Assembly: GCA_963746775.1 (NCBI GenBank)
Contig: CAVVCK010000001.1
Location: 483,151 to 547,150 of the forward strand
Reading direction: 5' to 3'
Length of the DNA stretch: 64,000 nt
Source: an uncultured bacterium
GTDB taxonomy: Bacteria > Patescibacteriota > JABMPQ01 > CAVVCK01
Below are positions 58,497-64,000 of the stretch, one piece after another. Numbering within the stretch: the first letter of the stretch is position 1; the number at the start of each line of letters is the position of its first letter. The translations under genes and the position numbers were made by a program. The notes under the pieces were generated by a model. That model searched no databases. It saw only the letters and a program-made list of their open reading frames with translations, and had not been told where the DNA came from.

Positions 58497-58541
58497 AGAC
58501 GTCCGATGTCTTAAAAGACATCGGACGTCTTTGTTTTTTGA
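58497..58541 (+). terminator. strong plus-strand intrinsic terminator (16-bp perfect stem AGACGTCCGATGTCTT-AAAAGACATCGGACGTCT followed by TTGTTTTTT) with no upstream plus-strand gene
   Basis: Lies in the divergent recF/infB intergenic region, ~210 bp upstream of infB. Confidence 0.5.
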
Positions 58542-58750
58542 TTATCGGGTTTTGGTTTAAGTGGAAATTAGCCTATAGAAAGTAAATTTACATTATATAA
58601 TAGTAATGAAAACATTTTAGACTTTTTTATATAAAATTGATTTTATATTTGATAAATATAGAATATTGACGTAGAATAAAACAAAAGATATAATTATCTG
58701 CTTATTTTGAATTATAAAAAGTATTTTAATAACATCTAAAATCAAATTTC

Positions 58751-60685
58751 ATGAATATAACCATTCTCTCCAAAAGATTAAATATGCCCGTCCCAGAGCT
58801 TATGAAGAAAATTGCGAGCTTCGGCTTTAAATTACGCAATAATACTAAGAAAATAAGTGATAGAAAAGCCAAAGAGATTATTAAGAAAGTTGAGCGGGAG
58901 AGAAGAGAAGCTGCTAATAAAAAAGAAGAAGTATATGAAGTACCAGAGAAAATAGCTCTATCTTCTTCAGTGACAGTTAAAGAATTTGCTGAGAAGCTTA
59001 ATATGCCCGTAACCAAAGTTATTCCGGAACTGATGAAAAATGGCATTATGGCCACCATCAATGAAGAGATTGATTATGAAACAGCCGCCATTATAGCAGA
59101 GGAGATGGGTGTAAAGGTAGAAGAACACAGAGAAGAAAAAGATATTTTAAAAGAAGAAGGAGTTAGAAAGAAAATTTTAAAACAATTAGCAGGTGAGAAA
59201 GCAACAGATTTAAAAAGTAGACCTCCGGTTGTCTGCGTCTTGGGTCATGTTGATCATGGGAAAACAACCCTGCTTGATGCTATTCGAGAAACCAATATAG
59301 TTGAAGGTGAGTCAGGTGGTATTACTCAGCATATTGGTGCTTATCAAGCAAAGATTAAAGGTAAAAATATTACTTTCCTAGATACTCCAGGACACGAAGC
59401 GTTTAAGGCTATGCGTGAGCGAGGTGCTAAGGTAACTGATATCGCAATTTTGGTGGTAGCTGCTGATGATAGCGTTCAGCCTCAAACTGCTGAGGCTATA
59501 GCACATATCAAGAAAGCCAAGGTCCCGATGGTGGTAGCTATTAACAAAATAGATAAACCAGAGGCAGATGTTGAGAAAACCAAAAAACAATTGGCGGATC
59601 ACGATGTTCTAACTGAAGAATGGGGTGGAGATACTGTTTGTGTGGAAATATCCGCTAAACAAAAGATAAATCTAGATAAATTATTGGAATCAATATTACT
59701 TGTTTCTGAAATGGAAGAACTAAAAGCAAGTCCCGAAACTCGCGCTGTGGGAACTATTATTGAATCTAATATGGATGCTAATCAAGGACCAGTGGCGACA
59801 GTATTGGTACAAAACGGAACTTTGAAACTTAATGATCCGGTGACAGTTTTTGGCATTATAGGAACTATTAAATCAATGGAAAATTTTAAAGGTGAGAAGA
59901 TAGAGTATGCCGAGCCTTCTACGCCAGTTAGAATATTAGGCTTAGAAAAAGTTCCTGAAGTCGGAGATATTTTACAAGTAGAAGATAGTAGAGAGGAAGC
60001 TAGAAAAAAAATAGGCAGTTTTAAAAAAATAAAAAATATTTCTAAAAAATATAAAAATGATAAAAATAGCAAAGTAAAAACTTTAAACATTATCTTAACT
60101 GCTGATGTGCAAGGATCATTGGAAGCAATAATGTCTGAATTCAATAAAATTGAGATTGAGGGTGTTAACTTACAAATTGTGAATTTCAAAGTAGGAAAAA
60201 TTAGTGAGTCTGATGTAATGATGGCTTCATCTTCTAACGCTATGATTATTGGTTTTAATAATAGCATTACTTCAGTAGCTTCTAGAATGGCTGAAGATAG
60301 AAAGGTTGATGTTAAAATTTACAAAATAATTTATGAGATGCTGGATGAATTAAAAGCAAAGCTAGAGAGTATGGTAGAAATAGAACTAGAATTAGCTAAA
60401 ATAGGTAAATTGGAAGTATTGGCAATCTTTAGAACAGAAAAAGATAAAAGAATTATAGGGGGGAAAGTGGTTTCAGGTAAAATGAAAAGAGGAGTAGTAG
60501 CTAAAATAGTAAGAGATGACCAAGTGATTGGTGAAGGTAAATTATCTAATTTGCAATTAGGCAAAAAAGATACTGCCGAAGTTGATAGTGGAAAAGAATG
60601 CGGAATTACCTTTACTGGGCATGTTAAAATTAAAGAAGGAGACGTGTTGGAGGCTTATGAAGAGAGGGAAGTAAAACGTAAATAG
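58751..60685 (+). CDS. infB: translation initiation factor IF-2
   Basis: G-domain [31 protein letters not shown]. 644 aa. Confidence 0.9.
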   Translation: MNITILSKRLNMPVPELMKKIASFGFKLRNNTKKISDRKAKEIIKKVERERREAANKKEEVYEVPEKIALSSSVTVKEFAEKLNMPVTKVIPELMKNGIMATINEEIDYETAAIIAEEMGVKVEEHREEKDILKEEGVRKKILKQLAGEKATDLKSRPPVVCVLGHVDHGKTTLLDAIRETNIVEGESGGITQHIGAYQAKIKGKNITFLDTPGHEAFKAMRERGAKVTDIAILVVAADDSVQPQTAEAIAHIKKAKVPMVVAINKIDKPEADVEKTKKQLADHDVLTEEWGGDTVCVEISAKQKINLDKLLESILLVSEMEELKASPETRAVGTIIESNMDANQGPVATVLVQNGTLKLNDPVTVFGIIGTIKSMENFKGEKIEYAEPSTPVRILGLEKVPEVGDILQVEDSREEARKKIGSFKKIKNISKKYKNDKNSKVKTLNIILTADVQGSLEAIMSEFNKIEIEGVNLQIVNFKVGKISESDVMMASSSNAMIIGFNNSITSVASRMAEDRKVDVKIYKIIYEMLDELKAKLESMVEIELELAKIGKLEVLAIFRTEKDKRIIGGKVVSGKMKRGVVAKIVRDDQVIGEGKLSNLQLGKKDTAEVDSGKECGITFTGHVKIKEGDVLEAYEEREVKRK

Positions 60686-60766
60686 TAATTATACATTAGA
60701 CATTAGGAAGAACATATTTGTATCTCCCCTTTACTAATTGCTAATGTCTATTGTTCAGTCATAAAA

Positions 60767-61102
60767 ATGTCAAATAATAGAATTAGTAAATTAAATAGTC
60801 TTGTTAAAGATGAACTTTCTAAAATAATTCAAAGAAAGGTTGATTTTGAAGAGGGTGTTTTGGTTACAATTTACAAAGTAGAGGTTTCGATTGATATTGC
60901 TCATGCCAATATACATATCAGTGTAATTCCTGAGGAAAAAGAAAAAAAAGCCTTTGAAGTACTTCAAGAAAATATTTTTCAAATACAACAGGAATTAAAT
61001 AAAAAACTAGTCTTAAAGATAATTCCTAAAATAAGATTTGTGTTGGATGATTCTATAAAAAGAGCAGCTGCTATGGAGGAATTGTTTAAACAAGTATCTT
61101 AA
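60767..61102 (+). CDS. rbfA: ribosome-binding factor A
   Basis: 111 aa. Motif VTIYKVEVSIDIAHANIHISV typical of RbfA. Immediately downstream of infB. Confidence 0.75.
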   Translation: MSNNRISKLNSLVKDELSKIIQRKVDFEEGVLVTIYKVEVSIDIAHANIHISVIPEEKEKKAFEVLQENIFQIQQELNKKLVLKIIPKIRFVLDDSIKRAAAMEELFKQVS

Positions 61103-61109
61103 TGTTGGA

Positions 61110-61230
61110 AATTAGTTATACAGAAAGTAGAAATTAGTAATAGAAAATAGAAATTGGAAATTTGCTTTCTATTTTCTAATTTCAAGTTTCTATTACCATT
61201 TTCCAATTTCCAAATAGCCAATTTCGTATG
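61110..61230. repeat. TAGAAAAT-word imperfect palindromic intergenic repeat, copy 3
   Basis: GGAAATTAGTTATACAGAAAGTAGAAATTAGTAATAGAAAATAGAAATTGGAAATTTGCTTTCTATTTTCTAATTTCAAGTTTCTATTACCATTTTCCAATTTCC. Confidence 0.55.
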
Positions 61231-62199
61231 TTATATTCATTTACCGACATTCAAATAAACAGAGCTTTTTATTTAATAAAAAAAAGTAAGAACATTTTAC
61301 TTACAGCTCATAGGAAGCCTGATTCGGATACATTAGGATCAGTTTTGGCATTAAATAATATTTTAAAGAAATTAGAGAAAAACATATTTTGTTATTGTCA
61401 GGATAGTATACCAGAGCGATTTAATTTTTTAATTGGATCTAATGAGATAATCATTGGTAGTAAAATACTATCAAAAATATCTGACATAGATTTAATTATT
61501 ACGCTAGATAGTGGAAGTATTAAAATGGCTGGAATCAATAAATTACCGTTTACAAAAGAAATTCCAATTATTAATATTGATCACCATCAAGATTCAACCT
61601 ATTTTGGGAAAATAAATATTGTTAAAGGCAATACTTCATCTACATCTGAAATTATTTATGATATATTAGATAAGGTAGGCTTGCCTATTAATATGGAAAT
61701 AGCTACTTGTCTGCTGACAGGAATATTTGGTGATACAGATAGTTTCAAAAATCCAAATACAACCGATAGAACTTTAATTATTACATCTAAGTTATTGGCA
61801 GCGGGGGCTAAATTAAAGCAAATAACTCGCTTTACGCTACAGGATAAATCCTTATCTACACTAAAGCTTTGGGGTGAAATATTGTCTCGTATCAAAAGAC
61901 ACAATAATCTTAATATGGTTTCAGCTGTTATAACACGTGAAGATTTAAAAAAATCTAACGCTACTTATGATGATTTAGAGGGTATATCTAATTTTCTTAA
62001 TTCTATTCCTGATACCAGAGCCTCGTTAGTTTTAACTGAGCGAGAAGGTGAAATAAAGGGAAGTCTCCGAACTTTAAGAAAAAATGTTGATGTTTCTAAA
62101 ATAGCTCATTTGTTCGGTGGAGGAGGACACAAGAAAGCGGCGGGATTTACTATACCGGGGAGACTGGAGAAGACTAAAAAAGGATGGAAAATAGTTTAA
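61228..62199 (+). CDS. nrnA: DHH/DHHA1 phosphoesterase (NrnA-type bifunctional oligoribonuclease/pAp phosphatase)
   Basis: DSDTLGS, DHHQ and GGGGHKKAAG motifs. Confidence 0.7.
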   Translation: MLYSFTDIQINRAFYLIKKSKNILLTAHRKPDSDTLGSVLALNNILKKLEKNIFCYCQDSIPERFNFLIGSNEIIIGSKILSKISDIDLIITLDSGSIKMAGINKLPFTKEIPIINIDHHQDSTYFGKINIVKGNTSSTSEIIYDILDKVGLPINMEIATCLLTGIFGDTDSFKNPNTTDRTLIITSKLLAAGAKLKQITRFTLQDKSLSTLKLWGEILSRIKRHNNLNMVSAVITREDLKKSNATYDDLEGISNFLNSIPDTRASLVLTEREGEIKGSLRTLRKNVDVSKIAHLFGGGGHKKAAGFTIPGRLEKTKKGWKIV

Positions 62200-62361
62200 T
62201 TACTAATTACTAATTTCTAATAAAATTTTAAATATCTAATAACAAATGATTAATTTTAGATATTTTATAAGTAGAACATTTTATTGGAAATTAGATATTG
62301 TCGCCTTGTAGGCGACCTGCCGAAGAGGCATGGGATGTTATAAATTTATATTATAAAAAGT

Positions 62362-63159
62362 ATGTCTTTAAGCGCTAATATTCTAGAAAGTATAGCCGTT
62401 CACCTTAGTAATCTTACTTGGGGTGGAATATTTTTAACTGTTGTTGATATTATAATAGTTAGTATTTTGTCTTATTATGCTTTTTCACTCATTAAAGGAA
62501 CAAAAGCTACTAGAATATTTTACGGCATTTTAATATTGGCAGTCATTTTAGTAATTGGTCGAATTTTAAAATTAGAAACACTTAATTGGGTGCTGTCTCA
62601 TTTAACCACTTTGGTTTTAGTAGCTATTCCTGTTGTTTTTCAACCAGAACTTAGAAGGGGTTTGGAAAAACTTGGTAGAATTAAAATATTTGGTGGTGAT
62701 GTATTTTTTGAAAAAAGAATAAAAGGAAGAGTAATCAATGAAATATTACAAGCTATAAAAGTTTTAGAGAAAAATAAAGTTGGAGCAATTATATCTCTAC
62801 AAAGAAAGACCGGACTTAGTGATTATATTGAAACAGGCACAGATCTAAATTCAAAATTAACTAGTAAATTGCTTTTAACTATTTTCTTTCCTAAGTCACC
62901 ATTGCATGATGGAGCTGTGATAGTTAATGGTGATAAAATATTAGCTGCTGGCTGTATTTTGCCTTTGTCTGATAGTGAAATTGGTTACAAATTTGGGACT
63001 AGACATCGAGCTGCACTAGGTCTTTCTGAGAGAACAGACGTGGTATCTATCGTTGTTTCTGAAGAAAGAGGAGAAGCGTCATTAGTGTATGATGGTGATA
63101 TAAAAGAGAATTTGAGTATAGAAGAGATTGAGGAGGAGTTGGGAGAACTGTTTGGATGA
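62362..63159 (+). CDS. cdaA: diadenylate cyclase CdaA
   Basis: Three N-terminal TM helices. DAC domain DGAVIVNGDKILAAGC ... GTRHRAALGLSE. Confidence 0.8.
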   Translation: MSLSANILESIAVHLSNLTWGGIFLTVVDIIIVSILSYYAFSLIKGTKATRIFYGILILAVILVIGRILKLETLNWVLSHLTTLVLVAIPVVFQPELRRGLEKLGRIKIFGGDVFFEKRIKGRVINEILQAIKVLEKNKVGAIISLQRKTGLSDYIETGTDLNSKLTSKLLLTIFFPKSPLHDGAVIVNGDKILAAGCILPLSDSEIGYKFGTRHRAALGLSERTDVVSIVVSEERGEASLVYDGDIKENLSIEEIEEELGELFG

Positions 63160-63334
63160 GGAAGTAATTAGATATTGGACATTAGATATTTGGAAATAGA
63201 ATAATGAAGCAAAATATTATTAATGTTTCTGACTTTGATTTTTTAATAAAAAATCTAAATAAACTACATGGGAAATTAAATGCTTTTATAAAATCGGTAA
63301 AAGCAAAAAAATAATCCCCAATTACAAATTAATA

Positions 63335-64000
63335 ATGCCTAACGACTCTTCAAAACATAATAAGCTTAATCAATACATCACTGATTTTCTCGAGTATTGT
63401 GAAATAGAAAAAAATAAAAGTGCTCATACTATTGAAGACTATCGTCATTATTTAGAAAGATTTTCTGAGTTTTCTAAAATAAAAGATCCTAAGGATATTG
63501 ATTTGGATTCAGTTCGCAAGTATAGAATTTATCTCAACAGGCTTCAAAATAAAAATGGGCAGCCTCTAAAAACAATTACTCAAAATTACCACGTAGTAGC
63601 TCTGCGTGCTTTTTTAAAATATTTAGCTAAAAGAGATGTTAAGACCTTGGCAGCTGAGAAAATAGAATTACAAAAAATTCCTGATAGAATGGTTGAATTT
63701 TTATCAAGCGAAGAACTAGAAAATCTCTTACAACAGCCTAAAACAGACAAAATACGTGGGGTAAGAGATAAGGCAATCTTAGAAACATTATTTAGCACTG
63801 GTCTTCGTATTGCAGAACTTGTTTCATTAAATAGAACTCAAGTGAATCCAGAGAAAGACGATTTTTCCGTAACGGGTAAGGGCGGTAAAGTTAGAATTGT
63901 TTTTTTGTCCAAAGATGCGCAGTATTGGCTTCGGAAATATGTTTATATGAGATCAGATAATCAAAAGCCTTTATTTATAAACCATTCAGAAAAAGAAGAT
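63335..64000 (+). CDS. tyrosine site-specific recombinase (XerC/XerD-like), truncated at window end
   Basis: N-terminal SAM-like domain (YITDFLEYCEIEKNKSAHTIEDYRHYLERF). Start of the catalytic domain (LLQQPKTDKIRGVRDKAILETLFSTGLRIAEL). Confidence 0.7.
   Translation, partial: MPNDSSKHNKLNQYITDFLEYCEIEKNKSAHTIEDYRHYLERFSEFSKIKDPKDIDLDSVRKYRIYLNRLQNKNGQPLKTITQNYHVVALRAFLKYLAKRDVKTLAAEKIELQKIPDRMVEFLSSEELENLLQQPKTDKIRGVRDKAILETLFSTGLRIAELVSLNRTQVNPEKDDFSVTGKGGKVRIVFLSKDAQYWLRKYVYMRSDNQKPLFINHSEKED

Noticed and set aside
14575-61230. CRISPR array interpretation of the TAGAAAAT repeat clusters
   Set aside because: There is no constant-length direct repeat alternating with unique spacers. The structure is inverted or palindromic, and no cas genes are present.

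Overview
This 64-kb window is AT-rich (roughly 30% GC). It looks like a reduced-genome bacterium; the 16S rRNA sequence and the many small hypothetical or membrane proteins are consistent with Candidate Phyla Radiation/Patescibacteria, but no search was run to confirm this.

Core content:
- A chromosomal origin neighbourhood: dnaA, dnaN, a putative oriC with divergent flanking genes, smc and rpsP.
- A 16S rRNA followed by tRNA-Ile, with no 23S anywhere in the window.
- Twelve intact tRNAs in four clusters, all derived by hand folding.
- A minus-strand carbohydrate cluster (gap, fbaB, glpX, a sugar-phosphate nucleotidyltransferase, a glycoside hydrolase and an MpgS-like glycosyltransferase).
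- Riboflavin genes (ribE, ribH, a flavokinase), c-di-AMP genes (cdaA, darA), trmD, rplS, cmk, infB, rbfA, recF, nrnA and a truncated xerC/D-type recombinase.
- Two giant secreted enzyme-plus-FG-GAP-repeat proteins.

The most interesting part is the accessory content:
1. A family of ~100-bp hairpin elements with 17-bp terminal inverted repeats, each abutting the 5' end of a tRNA gene (Gly, Phe, Arg). The Arg locus also carries a degenerate duplicated tRNA-Arg and a GIY-YIG pseudogene with an in-frame TAA at a conserved Tyr position.
2. A ~1.45-kb high-GC (~52%) island next to the tRNA-Arg/Ala/His cluster, carrying a single mannosyl-3-phosphoglycerate-synthase-like gene.
3. A four-helix-bundle (23S-IVS protein family) gene flanked by terminal motifs that recur as an ORF-less 77-bp miniature copy 13 kb away.
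4. A strongly Shine-Dalgarno-led 35-aa Cys/Gly-rich peptide gene downstream of an ArsP/DUF318-type CxC permease, separated by a triple-hairpin leader.
5. A PIN-domain toxin with an overlapping upstream mini-ORF.
6. Several families of repeated intergenic palindromes and motifs: TAGAAAAT-word palindromes, a CACTAGAACA/TGTTGTAATTG motif upstream of tRNA genes, and a conserved leader upstream of a SemiSWEET gene and another small membrane-protein gene.

Coordinates are hand-derived and may be off by a few bases. Product calls rest on remembered family motifs, not database searches.
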